Part shown: positions 38,813-49,015 of the stretch, one piece after another
How the letters are laid out: the number at the start of each line of letters is the position of its first letter
Numbering within the stretch: the first letter of the stretch is position 1
DNA from: an uncultured Bacteroidales bacterium
GTDB taxonomy: Bacteria; Bacteroidota; Bacteroidia; Bacteroidales; JAAYJT01
NCBI GenBank assembly: GCA_964550455.1
Contig: CAZJZG010000008.1
Span: 12,486 to 76,485 of the forward strand
Direction: 5' to 3'
Length of the DNA: 64,000 nucleotides
Program-made: the position numbers and the translations under genes
The notes under the pieces: generated by a model
Told to the model about the DNA's origin: nothing
The model's database searches: none
Seen by the model: the letters and a program-made list of their open reading frames with translations, nothing else

Positions 38813-40114
38813 ATGATAAAACAAAGCATACAAGCATTTGTAATGCTAATTGCTATTGCAATATTCAGTGCATCATGTACTGATAATAACGATTTAATAG
38901 GTTTAAACATTCAACCTCCGGGTGAAGAGTTGAAGTATTTTGTTACCGATACTTTTTCGGTATTTGCATATTCTATCTTAGAGGATTCGGTTAGAACTGA
39001 TGAACTGGGCACGAGTTTATTGGGAAGCTTGTTTGATCCGGTTTTCGGAAAAACTACTGCCAGCATTTATACCGAATTAAGATTAACTTCTTTACAACTG
39101 AATTTTGGAGAAGGCGCTGTTATTGACTCCATAATTCTGAAAATGGCTTACGTAAGCGTATATGGTGATTCATCAGCTATGCAGACTTTCCGGGTTTACG
39201 AAATGACTGAGAACATTAATGTTGATAGCTCATATTACTCAAACAGGGTTACTGCCTATGGTTCACAAATCGGAATTGAACAGATAATACCTCCTGTTGA
39301 CAGCATCCCTGTTGATACCATTAAAGTAGCCCCTTATCTTAGAATCCCACTTAATGACGGTGGAATTCTGGCAGAAAAATTATTATCGGGTACCAGCGAT
39401 GATTATTCGACAAATGAAAAATTCCGGGAATTTTTCAAAGGTATTTATATTACAGCCGATCCGGTGGATGAAGCAGGAAAAGGTGCCCTGCTTACTTATA
39501 ATCTGATTAGCGATGCTACAACAATTACAGTTTATTATCACAATTTTGAGAGGGACTCATTAAAGTATAATTTCATTATCAGCAATGCCAGCGGACGTTA
39601 CGGACATTATAACCATTACGGATATGCTGATGCAGAAGAATCGTTGCGCCAGCAAATCATTTCGGGCGATACTACTTTGGGCAGCAATAAAATTTATCTG
39701 CAACCTCTTGGTGGAGTAAAAACCTATCTGCGCTTTCCTACAATTACTTCATTGGGAACAGATATTTCAATAAACGAAGCTAAATTGATTCTCACAAACA
39801 GTGACCCTGCTTCCGGGTTCACTCAACCATCTGGGCTATCAATTGGTAAGCTGACAGATGATGAGGGAAAAACCACCATATTAGATGATCAGTTTGAAGG
39901 TGATACTTATTTTGGTGGTTATTATAAAGATACGGAATACACTTTCCGCCTGAGTCGCTATGTTCAAAATCGTATTTTAAATAAGGATACGGAAGATTTT
40001 GGCCTGGCCTTGTTAGTTCCTGCGGCTTCAGCAGTTCCTCACAGAGTTGTATTAAATGGCACTAATACCGATGCCGGAAAAATCAGGCTTGTAATTACTT
40101 ATACGAAGCTTTGA
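38813..40114 (+). CDS. Lipoprotein, DUF4270-like
   Basis: Lipobox SASC, LLGSLFDPVFGKT, IDSIIL, YLQPLGG and C-terminal RLVITYTKL; usual partner of the preceding gene. Confidence 0.7.
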   Translation: MIKQSIQAFVMLIAIAIFSASCTDNNDLIGLNIQPPGEELKYFVTDTFSVFAYSILEDSVRTDELGTSLLGSLFDPVFGKTTASIYTELRLTSLQLNFGEGAVIDSIILKMAYVSVYGDSSAMQTFRVYEMTENINVDSSYYSNRVTAYGSQIGIEQIIPPVDSIPVDTIKVAPYLRIPLNDGGILAEKLLSGTSDDYSTNEKFREFFKGIYITADPVDEAGKGALLTYNLISDATTITVYYHNFERDSLKYNFIISNASGRYGHYNHYGYADAEESLRQQIISGDTTLGSNKIYLQPLGGVKTYLRFPTITSLGTDISINEAKLILTNSDPASGFTQPSGLSIGKLTDDEGKTTILDDQFEGDTYFGGYYKDTEYTFRLSRYVQNRILNKDTEDFGLALLVPAASAVPHRVVLNGTNTDAGKIRLVITYTKL

Positions 40115-40250
40115 TAAAGCAATTATCATTAAGAGCTGCCTCTTTTATCGAACTGTTACAAATATTGAACCCATGGTAAATATCAAAACACCATGGAAAA
40201 TGGACATGTTATAATAATTTCTTACAGAAATTAAAACCCGAATTGTTTCT

Positions 40251-41939
40251 TTAATTCTGTAAACCGGTTTGCTGTTGTGTGAAGATAAGAGGCTGAGACT
40301 CTGTTGGCAAAAGAATTGAATCAAGTTCTTTCAGTGTTTCCTTAGCTTTTAAATATGCTTTATCGTTTTCAAGATAAATGGGATAAAAACCGGCATCATC
40401 AAAGATGTTTCGGGCTATAAAAGCCTTAAGCATATGTTGGATCCTCTGTTTCGAACCCTGTACAGAAGCATTTGAGCTTTTAACATCCTGAGTTGAGGCA
40501 AACATTACAAAATCGTTGAAAATCTTATCAGTGATCTTAAAATTCTGAACATAATCATCAATATTTTTAAATTGATTTAATTTATCACGCTGTGCATCAG
40601 TATAATCAAAAGCAAACTGATAAATCAATCCCTGGTTCGAAACCATATTAAAAAAACGCAGTTTCTCATCATTTTCAATTGTTACATATACGTCGGGCAT
40701 TATCCCGCCTCCACCATAAACCGTTCTGCCTCCGGGAGTATCAAATTTTAATGAATCTTCAAATTTTATATTTGCCGGATCATCCAGTTCTCCATTGGCA
40801 TAGCGTTCATAAAAATCATGGAAATAATCTTCAGCATCTTTATCATAGGGTTTTTGAATACTTCTCCCTGTAGGAGTGTAATATCTTGCCACGGTAAGTC
40901 TTATTGCCGAACCATCAGTAAGGTTCAACTGCTCCTGAACCAGCCCCTTACCAAAAGAGCGTCTGCCAACAATTAATCCGCGATCATTGTCCTGAATGGC
41001 TCCGGCTATTATTTCGCTTGCAGATGCCGAACCTTCATCAATAATAATTACAATTGGCAGTTCTTTAAATAATCCTTGTCCGCCAGCTTTTGCAACCTGA
41101 CGGGGACGGTTATGACCTTCGGTATAAACAATAACCTGATCTTTCTCAAGAAATTCATCGGAAAGCTTAATTGCCGACTGAAGGAAACCTCCTGAATTAC
41201 CCCTCAAATCCAACAATAGCTTTTGCATTCCTTTAAATTTCAGCTGGTTTATTGCATTAAGCATTTCTCTGTGAGTTGTGGCTGAAAACTTGCTCAGCTT
41301 TATATATCCAATTGAATTATCAGCCATAAAAGCCACATCAACACTATAGGTAGGTATTACATCCCGTGTTATGATAAAATCAAGAACTCCGTCAGCTTTT
41401 CTGCGAAAAACACCAATTTTCACTTTCGAACCTTTTTCACCCTTCAGCATACGAACCAGATCGCGGTCTTTAATACCTACGCCTGCCACAAGACTATCAT
41501 CAACCCTTACTATGCGGTCGCCTGCCATTAATCCGGCTTTTTCAGAAGGACCACCAACAATGGTATGAATTACAGTACAGGTGTCTTTCTCTAACCTGAA
41601 TTGAATACCTATACCTTCAAAAGCTCCTAATAAAGGATCATTGACTTCGGCAAAATCCTCAGCATTTATGAATTGAGAATGTGGATCAAGATTTTTAAGC
41701 ATCCCTTCGATAGCATCGTTTTGTAACAATTCGCGATCAACCTGATCAACATAATCCTGAAAAATAAAACGCATCACATCGTTTATCCTATCATATCTGG
41801 TAAGCTGGATCAACGATATAGGAGTTTTACGATCCTGAGAAATACCAACCATTTTAAATCCAAGATAAATACCTGCAATAACAGCCAAAGCAATAATAAT
41901 GGGCAAATAAATAAAATATCGTGATGAGGGTACTTTCAT
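40251..41939 (-). CDS. S41 carboxyl-terminal processing protease
   Basis: LDPHS, GIGIQF, PDZ, GYIKLSKF, LDLRGNSGG, SASASEI, FGKGLVQ, ARYYTPTGRSIQ and GGGGIMPD motifs. Confidence 0.93.
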   Translation of the reverse strand: MKVPSSRYFIYLPIIIALAVIAGIYLGFKMVGISQDRKTPISLIQLTRYDRINDVMRFIFQDYVDQVDRELLQNDAIEGMLKNLDPHSQFINAEDFAEVNDPLLGAFEGIGIQFRLEKDTCTVIHTIVGGPSEKAGLMAGDRIVRVDDSLVAGVGIKDRDLVRMLKGEKGSKVKIGVFRRKADGVLDFIITRDVIPTYSVDVAFMADNSIGYIKLSKFSATTHREMLNAINQLKFKGMQKLLLDLRGNSGGFLQSAIKLSDEFLEKDQVIVYTEGHNRPRQVAKAGGQGLFKELPIVIIIDEGSASASEIIAGAIQDNDRGLIVGRRSFGKGLVQEQLNLTDGSAIRLTVARYYTPTGRSIQKPYDKDAEDYFHDFYERYANGELDDPANIKFEDSLKFDTPGGRTVYGGGGIMPDVYVTIENDEKLRFFNMVSNQGLIYQFAFDYTDAQRDKLNQFKNIDDYVQNFKITDKIFNDFVMFASTQDVKSSNASVQGSKQRIQHMLKAFIARNIFDDAGFYPIYLENDKAYLKAKETLKELDSILLPTESQPLIFTQQQTGLQN

Positions 41940-42008
41940 ATTTAAAAATCTGATTTAAGCTAAAACACAGATATAAAACGAGATATTGTAAGGTTTATTT
42001 AATAAAAC

Positions 42009-42040
42009 AAAAAAAGCTTTCGATAGTTGAAAGCTTTTTA
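42009..42040 (-). terminator. Terminator downstream of tRNA-Leu
   Basis: aaaaagctttc/gaaagcttttt inverted repeat. Confidence 0.75.
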
Positions 42041-42045
42041 TTTAG

Positions 42046-42129
42046 TACCCGGAGCCGGAATCGAACCGGCACGGGAATTACCCCATTGGTTTTTGAGACC
42101 AACGCGTCTACCTATTCCGCCATCCGGGC
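42046..42129 (-). tRNA. tRNA-Leu (CAA)
   Basis: GCCCGGATGGCGGAATAGGTAGACGCGTTGGTCTCAAAAACCAATGGGGTAATTCCCGTGCCGGTTCGATTCCGGCTCCGGGTA: acceptor stem, anticodon CAA, long variable arm, TTCGA loop; CCA not encoded. Confidence 0.96.
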
Positions 42130-42158
42130 TTTTTAAGAACAATTGTTTTAAAGTGGTG

Positions 42159-42166
42159 CAAAGATA
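42159..42166 (-). promoter_or_regulatory. -7 element (TATCTTTG) of tRNA-Leu
   Basis: TAnnTTTG match 30 bp upstream of the tRNA. Confidence 0.6.
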
Positions 42167-42315
42167 TAAAATTCCTGAATTCACAATTAAAAATAAAAAG
42201 AATCAGAAAAAGAATATTAACTTCCAATGAAATATTATAAACCTGATTATCAGGCTGTTGGAGTTTCCTTGTTTTTCATTTAACAAATTGTATTCGTAAA
42301 CAAAATAAAAATTTG

Positions 42316-42323
42316 TAGCTTTG
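42316..42323 (+). promoter_or_regulatory. -7 element (TAGCTTTG) of prs-rplY-pth
   Basis: TAnnTTTG match. Confidence 0.55.
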
Positions 42324-42366
42324 CCGCATTAATCTGACGGCATTATCTTCCCCAAAACCAATCATT

Positions 42367-43299
42367 ATGTTACCAATAGTTAATATATTTTCCGGAAGGG
42401 CTTCGCTGTACCTCGCAAAAAAAATAGCTGACAGTTATGGACAAAAACTAGGGGAAATAATTGTTACCGAATTCAGCGACAAAGAATTTCAGCCTTCTTT
42501 TGAGGAAAACATTCGGGGTCATGAAATCTTTATAGTACAATCAACTTTTGCACCAACTGATAATCTTTTTGAGTTACTCATGCTGATTGACGCTGCCAAA
42601 CGTGCTTCGGCAAAGAATATCGTTGCTGTGATCCCATATTTCGGATTTGCCAGGCAGGATCGTAAAGATCAGCCCAGGGTGTCAATTGCAAGCAAATTGG
42701 TTGCAAATCTTTTAACAGCAGCCGGAGTGCACAGAATCATAACCATTGACCTTCATGCTGATCAGATTCAGGGTTTTTTTGATGTGCCGGTTGATCATCT
42801 TTATGCATCATCAATTTTTGTTCCTTATATCAAAAAATTAAACTTGCCCAATCTGGTAATGGCATCGCCTGACACAGGAGGTACCCGCAGAGCAGCAGCC
42901 TATGCAAAAATGCTTAATTGCGGGTTTGTAATTTGTTATAAGCAACGGATTAAACCCAACGAAATAGATTATATGGGACTTATTGGAGATGTAAAAGGTA
43001 AGGATGTAGTTCTGGTTGACGATATTCTTGATACCGGAAACACCATAACCAGAGCCTCAGCCTTAATAATGAGAGAGGGAGCCAATAGTGTAAGAGGCTT
43101 TTGTACACATCCGCTTTTTACACGTCAAGCATACGAAAAAATTGAAAATTCAGCATTTACCGAAGTAGTTGTTACAGATACTATACCTCTTCGTAAACAA
43201 AGTGCCAAAATTAAGGTTCTTACTACTGCCGATTTATTAGCTGAAGTGATTTCAAGAGTACATAATTTTGAATCAATCAGTTCGTTATTTAGATTCTAA
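42367..43299 (+). CDS. prs: Ribose-phosphate pyrophosphokinase
   Basis: FSDKE, PYFGFARQDRK, DLHADQIQGFF, SPDTGG and VLVDDILDTG motifs. Confidence 0.97.
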   Translation: MLPIVNIFSGRASLYLAKKIADSYGQKLGEIIVTEFSDKEFQPSFEENIRGHEIFIVQSTFAPTDNLFELLMLIDAAKRASAKNIVAVIPYFGFARQDRKDQPRVSIASKLVANLLTAAGVHRIITIDLHADQIQGFFDVPVDHLYASSIFVPYIKKLNLPNLVMASPDTGGTRRAAAYAKMLNCGFVICYKQRIKPNEIDYMGLIGDVKGKDVVLVDDILDTGNTITRASALIMREGANSVRGFCTHPLFTRQAYEKIENSAFTEVVVTDTIPLRKQSAKIKVLTTADLLAEVISRVHNFESISSLFRF

Positions 43300-43326
43300 T
43301 TTTTTTAATTTAAAATTTTTTATCAA

Positions 43327-43947
43327 ATGAAAACAGTATCATTGAGCGGTTCCCTGAGAGGGAACGTAGGGAAAAAAGATGCTAAAAATGCCAGAAAAAA
43401 GGGGTTAGTACCTTGCGTACTTTATGGCGGAAAAGAACAAATACCTTTTTTTCTTGAAGAAAAAGCTTTCAAACCAATTCTTTTCACTCCTGATGCATTT
43501 GTTATTAATCTCAACATTAACGAAAAAACATATCAGGCAATATTGCAGGATGTTCAGTATCACCCTGTTACTGATTCTTTGCTTCATGCCGATTTTTATG
43601 AGATCACTCCCGGAAAACCTGTAAAAACTTCTATTCCACTCAGGTTTGTTGGAACTTCTATCGGAGTTCTACGTGGTGGTAAGATTGTGAAAAAGTTTAA
43701 CAAGCTTCTGGTAAAGGGATTGATTGAGAATATTCCGGAATTTATCGAAATTGATATTACTTCACTCGATATAGGAAAGTCAATAAAAATTGAAAATCTT
43801 AAAGTTCCTGATATTGAATTCCTTGAACCCAAGAGATCGTTGATTATTACTGTCCAGACTTCAAGAGTACTGACTGCTTCAACTGACGAAGAAACTGAAG
43901 GAGAAGCCGCTGAAGAAGGTTCAAAGGAAGGTGAAACAAATGAATAA
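43327..43947 (+). CDS. rplY: 50S ribosomal protein L25/CTC
   Basis: VPCVLYGG, QYHPVTD.LLHADF, GVLRGG and acidic tail. Confidence 0.95.
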   Translation: MKTVSLSGSLRGNVGKKDAKNARKKGLVPCVLYGGKEQIPFFLEEKAFKPILFTPDAFVINLNINEKTYQAILQDVQYHPVTDSLLHADFYEITPGKPVKTSIPLRFVGTSIGVLRGGKIVKKFNKLLVKGLIENIPEFIEIDITSLDIGKSIKIENLKVPDIEFLEPKRSLIITVQTSRVLTASTDEETEGEAAEEGSKEGETNE

Positions 43948-43995
43948 ATAAATTCCTGAAAAATCCTGAAGGATTTAACCCTGTATTTATCTGAT

Positions 43996-44035
43996 TAAGA
44001 ACATGTTTTGATATTTATATCAAAACATGTTCTTA
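43996..44035. repeat. 40-bp palindrome (19-bp perfect arms, 2-nt centre) between rplY and pth
   Basis: taagaacatgttttgatat-tt-atatcaaaacatgttctta. Confidence 0.9.
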
Positions 44036-44050
44036 TAAAAAATTATTTAA

Positions 44051-44614
44051 GTGAAATTTCTAATTACCGGATTAGGAAATATTGGCGATGAATACGCTGA
44101 AACACGCCATAATATTGGATTTGTAGTACTCGATGCGCTGGCTTCAAGTCTCGGTGCTACTTTTACATCCGGCAGGTATGCTGCAGTTGCCAGAGCTAAA
44201 TACAAAGGAAGAACACTTATAATGATAAAACCATCCACTTATATGAATTTAAGTGGGAAGGCAGTCAGATACTGGCTTGAGACCGAAAATATTCCCATTG
44301 AAAAATCATTGGTCATAAGTGACGATATTGATCTTGAGCCCGGACAGTTGCGAATGAAACCAGGAGGAAGTGGTGGTTCTCATAACGGATTGAATCATGT
44401 TATCGAAATTCTGGGAACTACCAGTTTTCCGCGTTTACGTTTTGGCATTGGAAGTGATTTTGCAAAAGGATATCAGGTAGAATATGTACTCGGACGCTGG
44501 ACAAGTTCAGAAGTTGAATTACTTAAGCCCAAAGTACTTGTGGCAGCGGATATGATAAAAAGTTTTGTAACCATTGGTGTTGACAGGACTATGAGTTCAT
44601 ACAACAATAAGTAA
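44051..44614 (+). CDS. pth: Peptidyl-tRNA hydrolase
   Basis: GLGNIG, TRHNIGF, KPSTYMNLSG, DDIDL, SHNGL and RLRFGIG motifs. Confidence 0.97.
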   Translation: MKFLITGLGNIGDEYAETRHNIGFVVLDALASSLGATFTSGRYAAVARAKYKGRTLIMIKPSTYMNLSGKAVRYWLETENIPIEKSLVISDDIDLEPGQLRMKPGGSGGSHNGLNHVIEILGTTSFPRLRFGIGSDFAKGYQVEYVLGRWTSSEVELLKPKVLVAADMIKSFVTIGVDRTMSSYNNK

Positions 44615-44620
44615 GATTTT

Positions 44621-45859
44621 ATGACCCGAAAAAAAACAGAGATAATGTCGCCGGCAGGTTCTTACGAAAGCCTGATGGCAGCTATTGCTGGTGGAGCAGA
44701 TGCTGTTTATTTTGGCATTGGAACCCTGAATATGCGGGCACGCTCATCAATGAATTTCAGTTTTGAAGATCTGGTTCAGATCACTGATATTTGCCGGGAA
44801 AACAACATACGAAGTTACCTGACTTTAAATACAGTGATCTATGATGAGGAAATGGAGTACATGCAAAAAATGATAGATGCTGCTTCCGAAAACGGGATCA
44901 GCGCCATCATAGCTTCCGATATTGCAGTTATGGAATACGCTCGTAGCCGGGGAATGGAGATACACATTTCAACACAATGCAATATCAGCAATTTTGAAGC
45001 TGTACGCTTTTATTCCCGCTATGCTGATGCAATGGTGCTTGCCCGTGAATTAAGCCTAGATCAGGTCAGAAATATCATCCAAAAAATAAAACAAGAAAAC
45101 ACTACAGGACCGTCAGGGAAAATGATTGATATTGAGCTTTTTATTCATGGTGCAATGTGTATGGCTGTTTCGGGGAAATGCTATCTGAGCCAGGATATGT
45201 TCAATAAATCGGCAAACCGTGGCGCATGTTATCAGCCATGCCGCCGCGAGTATAGAATACGCGATTATGACGATGAGGTGGATATGAATATTGACAATCA
45301 TTTCATTCTTTCACCAAAAGATATGAAAACCATTGATTTTCTTGATCAGTTGGTAAGCGCAGGAGTAAGTATTCTAAAAATTGAAGGTCGCGGACGTGCG
45401 CCTGAATATGTAAAAACCGTTACCAATTGTTATCGTCAGGCTGTTGATGCAATTGAAGAAGGAACTTTTGGACCTGAAAAATTGAAAATATGGAACGAAA
45501 GACTTGCTCAGGTTTATAATCGTGGATACTGGGAAGGCTACTATCTGGGAAAAACCTTGCCTGAATGGACTGATGCATACGGGTCGAAAGCTACTCAACG
45601 AAAGGCATACGTCGGGAAGGTAACCAATTATTTCTCAAAAGCAGGAGTGGCTGAAATAACTATAGAAAGCGGAGCTCTTAGTGTAGGTGATAAATTTCTG
45701 ATACTTGGACCTACTACCGGTGTAGCTGAAGGTATTGTAAGTGAAATAAGAGTTGATGAATTACCTGTAAACAAGTCAGTTAAAGGAGAAATTTGTTCAA
45801 TACCTGTAAATGAAACGGTTCGTCGCTCTGATAAACTCTATATTATTACTGAACGATGA
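44621..45859 (+). CDS. Peptidase U32-family protein (probable RNA hydroxylation factor)
   Basis: SPAG, GADAVYFG, HISTQ, LAREL, HGAMCMAVSGKC, ACYQPCR, LSPKD and KIEGR motifs. Confidence 0.9.
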   Translation: MTRKKTEIMSPAGSYESLMAAIAGGADAVYFGIGTLNMRARSSMNFSFEDLVQITDICRENNIRSYLTLNTVIYDEEMEYMQKMIDAASENGISAIIASDIAVMEYARSRGMEIHISTQCNISNFEAVRFYSRYADAMVLARELSLDQVRNIIQKIKQENTTGPSGKMIDIELFIHGAMCMAVSGKCYLSQDMFNKSANRGACYQPCRREYRIRDYDDEVDMNIDNHFILSPKDMKTIDFLDQLVSAGVSILKIEGRGRAPEYVKTVTNCYRQAVDAIEEGTFGPEKLKIWNERLAQVYNRGYWEGYYLGKTLPEWTDAYGSKATQRKAYVGKVTNYFSKAGVAEITIESGALSVGDKFLILGPTTGVAEGIVSEIRVDELPVNKSVKGEICSIPVNETVRRSDKLYIITER

Positions 45860-46701
45860 TGAAATGGATAAATCACCACACTCATAGTACATTTTGCGAT
45901 GGCAGCCAGGCTCCTGTTGAATATGTAAAAACTGCCATTGATAAAAATTTTTCTACCCTTGCCTTTTCAAGTCATGCACCCCTGCCATTTAAAAACAGTT
46001 TTGCACTTCAGAAAGACAAAGTTGATGAATACTGCAGCACTATTCGTTCGTTAAGTTATGAATATGCCGGACGTATTGAGATTTACCTTTCAATGGAAAT
46101 TGACTTTATTTCTGAGTTATCAGATGATTTTGAATTCTGGAAAAAACGTGCAGGATTAGATTTCGTTATTGGCGGAGTTCATCTTCTGCCTGCACCGTCA
46201 GGTAATGGATTATGGTTTATTGACGGACCTATACGCGATACTTTTGATGAAGGTTTCTTTAACCTGTTTGATGGTGATGCCAGGCTTGCGGTTCGAACCT
46301 ATTTTGAACAGATAAATATAATGGCTGAAACTCAGACACCTGATATCATTGCTCATTTCGATAAAATAAAAATGCATAACCAGGAACGATTCTTCAGTGT
46401 GGAAGATGACTGGTACTTGTCATTGCTTAGGGAATCTCTTGAAGTTATAGCAAAAAAAGGCTGTGTTGTTGAAGTTAATACACGAGGAATTTATAAAGCT
46501 CGTTGCAATGAATTGTTCCCAAACCTTAAAGCCCTGAAAATAATAAAAGAGTTGAATATCCCTGTTACTCTCAGCTCTGATGCTCATGCTCCTGAAGATC
46601 TGGACAAGGAATATCCTTTAGCCCTTGAAGTGATCAGGGCTGCAGGTATCAAAGAATTAATGGTTTTTAGTTTTGGAAAATGGAAAGCAATGGGTATTTA
46701 A
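45856..46701 (+). CDS. PHP-domain histidinol-phosphatase (HisJ family)
   Basis: HHTHSTFCDG, SSHAP, GGVH, AHFD, EVNT and SSDAH motifs. Confidence 0.8.
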   Translation: MMKWINHHTHSTFCDGSQAPVEYVKTAIDKNFSTLAFSSHAPLPFKNSFALQKDKVDEYCSTIRSLSYEYAGRIEIYLSMEIDFISELSDDFEFWKKRAGLDFVIGGVHLLPAPSGNGLWFIDGPIRDTFDEGFFNLFDGDARLAVRTYFEQINIMAETQTPDIIAHFDKIKMHNQERFFSVEDDWYLSLLRESLEVIAKKGCVVEVNTRGIYKARCNELFPNLKALKIIKELNIPVTLSSDAHAPEDLDKEYPLALEVIRAAGIKELMVFSFGKWKAMGI

Positions 46702-46741
46702 AAATCCATTATTTAGAAATATTACTTTATTCCGGCTCAGA

Positions 46742-47728
46742 TCAATAAGCCCATTTTAAGTAAATGGAACCCCAGGTGAAACCGGCACCGAAACTTGCAA
46801 GAATAATATTATCGCCTTTTTTAAGCTGATCTTCCCATTCCCACAGACAAAGCGGAAGAGTAGCCGCAGTAGTATTTCCGTATTTCTGGATATTGATCAT
46901 CACCTTGCTCTTTTCAAGCTTCATACGCTGGGCTGTTGCTTCAATTATACGCATATTTGCCTGATGAGGTACGAGCCATTGAAGGGTTTCGGAAGTAAGT
47001 CCGTTTCTTTTCATTATTTCCACTGAAACGTCAGCCATTTTCGATACTGCCCATTTAAAAACAGCCTGTCCTTCCTGGTAAATGAAATGTTCACGTGCAT
47101 CAACAGTTTCATGTGAAGCCGGTTTTTCAGAACCACCTGCTTTCTGATGCAGGTGTATTTTTCCAACACCGTCGCTTTGAAGGATTGAATCAATTATACC
47201 AACATCTTCGGTGGTGGGCTCCAGCAAAACAGCACCTGCACCATCGCCAAAAATCGGGCATGTGGCACGATCAGTATAATCAACAATTGATGACATTTTT
47301 TCGGCTCCCACAACAACTACTTTTTTGTGTGAACCTGATTCAACAAATTTTGAAGCTGTGACCAAAGCGTAAAGAAAACCGGAACAACCGGCGTTAAGAT
47401 CAAAACTGAATGCATTTTTTAGCCCGCATTTATCACTGATTATATTGCCTGTAGCCGGAAATTGCCTGTCGGGTGTAACTGTAGCACACACCAGCATGTC
47501 AACTTCATCAGGAGAAGTATTGGTTTTTTCAAGCAACTGGTTTACAGCCTTGTATCCGACTTCAGAGGCTCCTTTTTGTCCTTTGATAATGCGCCGCTCT
47601 TTAATTCCGATACGGGTCATTATCCACTCATCAGTAGTATCAACCATACGACTGAGTTCATCGTTTGTCAGAATGTAATCGGGTAAATTGGCACCAACTC
47701 CGGTAATTGCAGCTCTGATCTTGTTCAT
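46742..47728 (-). CDS. fabH: 3-oxoacyl-ACP synthase III
   Basis: NAGCSGF, FGDGAGA, PHQAN and GNTTAA (Cys-His-Asn triad). Confidence 0.97.
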   Translation of the reverse strand: MNKIRAAITGVGANLPDYILTNDELSRMVDTTDEWIMTRIGIKERRIIKGQKGASEVGYKAVNQLLEKTNTSPDEVDMLVCATVTPDRQFPATGNIISDKCGLKNAFSFDLNAGCSGFLYALVTASKFVESGSHKKVVVVGAEKMSSIVDYTDRATCPIFGDGAGAVLLEPTTEDVGIIDSILQSDGVGKIHLHQKAGGSEKPASHETVDAREHFIYQEGQAVFKWAVSKMADVSVEIMKRNGLTSETLQWLVPHQANMRIIEATAQRMKLEKSKVMINIQKYGNTTAATLPLCLWEWEDQLKKGDNIILASFGAGFTWGSIYLKWAY

Positions 47729-47740
47729 AATTAAACAGAT

Positions 47741-48715
47741 TTAAATTTCGTCAGCTAATTTATTAGTTAATGAATGTTGAACTAATGCTTCTTTGATTTT
47801 TTGCGTCAATCCGGCTTCATGAACTTCCTTGGCAAGCAGGATCATATTTTTAATTGCCTTGTCATTTGAAATTCCATGACCCACTATCACAGTACCGTTA
47901 ACTCCCAGGATCGGGGTGCCGCCATAATTTTCATAATTAAACCTATCAAGGTATTCATCCCTTACTCCACGTTTAATCATAATCCGGTAAAGAGCTTCTG
48001 CCTGTTTTAAAACAATATTGCCCGTAAAACCATCGCATACAATAACATCAGCCTTATCTCTGAACAGATGCCGCCCCTCAATATTTCCCACAAAATTGAT
48101 TTTTTTGGATCCCTTCATCAAATTATAGACTGACTGAGATAATAGATTTCCTTTATTTTCTTCTTCACCTATATTGAGCAAACCAATTTTGGGATTCTGA
48201 ATATTATGGACAAACTCAGCATAAAGAGAACCCAAAATAGCAAATTGATATAGTACATCTGGTTTTGCGTCAGGGTTTGTGCCTACATCCAGTATTAAAT
48301 TAAACCCTCCTTCAACTTTAGGAACAATTGCAGTAGTTGTAGGTCTGATAATTCCCTGAATAGTATTCACTGAATAAATTGAGCCTACAAGCATAGCTCC
48401 GCTACTGCCGGCACTGGCAAAAGCATTTATTTCACCGGTTTTCATTAATTTAAAACCAACGGCAATGCTTGAATCCGGCTTCTGGACCAATGCTCTGGTT
48501 GGCGATTCACCCATTTCGATTACTTCACCGGCATGAACAATAATAAAGTCCTCAGGATTACTGTTCATGGCTTCCAGCTCATCACAAATAAGCTCCTTGT
48601 TGCCAATCAGAACAATATCATCGTCCTTACCTAAAACTTGTCTTGCCAGTATGGCACCAGAAAGATTTGCTTTGGGAGCAAAATCGCCTCCCATAACATC
48701 AAGCCCAATTTTCAT
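47741..48715 (-). CDS. plsX: Phosphate acyltransferase
   Basis: DVMGGDFAP, SAGSSGA, LDVGTN, GLLNIGEE, GNIEG and VCDGFTGN motifs. Confidence 0.95.
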   Translation of the reverse strand: MKIGLDVMGGDFAPKANLSGAILARQVLGKDDDIVLIGNKELICDELEAMNSNPEDFIIVHAGEVIEMGESPTRALVQKPDSSIAVGFKLMKTGEINAFASAGSSGAMLVGSIYSVNTIQGIIRPTTTAIVPKVEGGFNLILDVGTNPDAKPDVLYQFAILGSLYAEFVHNIQNPKIGLLNIGEEENKGNLLSQSVYNLMKGSKKINFVGNIEGRHLFRDKADVIVCDGFTGNIVLKQAEALYRIMIKRGVRDEYLDRFNYENYGGTPILGVNGTVIVGHGISNDKAIKNMILLAKEVHEAGLTQKIKEALVQHSLTNKLADEI

Positions 48716-48810
48716 AATTGTTATTTTTACTCACACTTAAACAAAATACAATGAAGCCAGGGCTGTTGCCAGGGCTGTTGTTGATTTTCTCAAAAAAGGC
48801 TTAGGATGGG

Positions 48811-48996
48811 TTAAGAGGCTACTTCTTTTTCAATAGTAAGCTTGCCCTTATAATAACCGCATTCAGAGCAAACTCTATGATAAAGTACAGGTGCACCACA
48901 ATTTGAACAAATAATAAGAGTGGGTTTTACTGCTTTGTAATGTGTACGTCTTTTGTCTCTTCTTGCTGAAGAAGATCTTCGTTTTGGATGTGGCAT
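48811..48996 (-). CDS. rpmF: 50S ribosomal protein L32
   Basis: MPHPKRR...RRTH, CSNC...HRVCSECGYY. Confidence 0.96.
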   Translation of the reverse strand: MPHPKRRSSSARRDKRRTHYKAVKPTLIICSNCGAPVLYHRVCSECGYYKGKLTIEKEVAS

Positions 48997-49015
48997 TTTA
49001 ATTAAATATTAATAG

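Noticed and set aside
42046-42129. tRNA-Leu as an integration site for an island
   Set aside because: No integrase, no duplicated tRNA 3' end, and housekeeping genes on both sides.
48756-48779. 12-bp tandem duplication gccagggctgtt x2 between rpmF and plsX
   Set aside because: Only two units and no complementary arm nearby; probably slippage.
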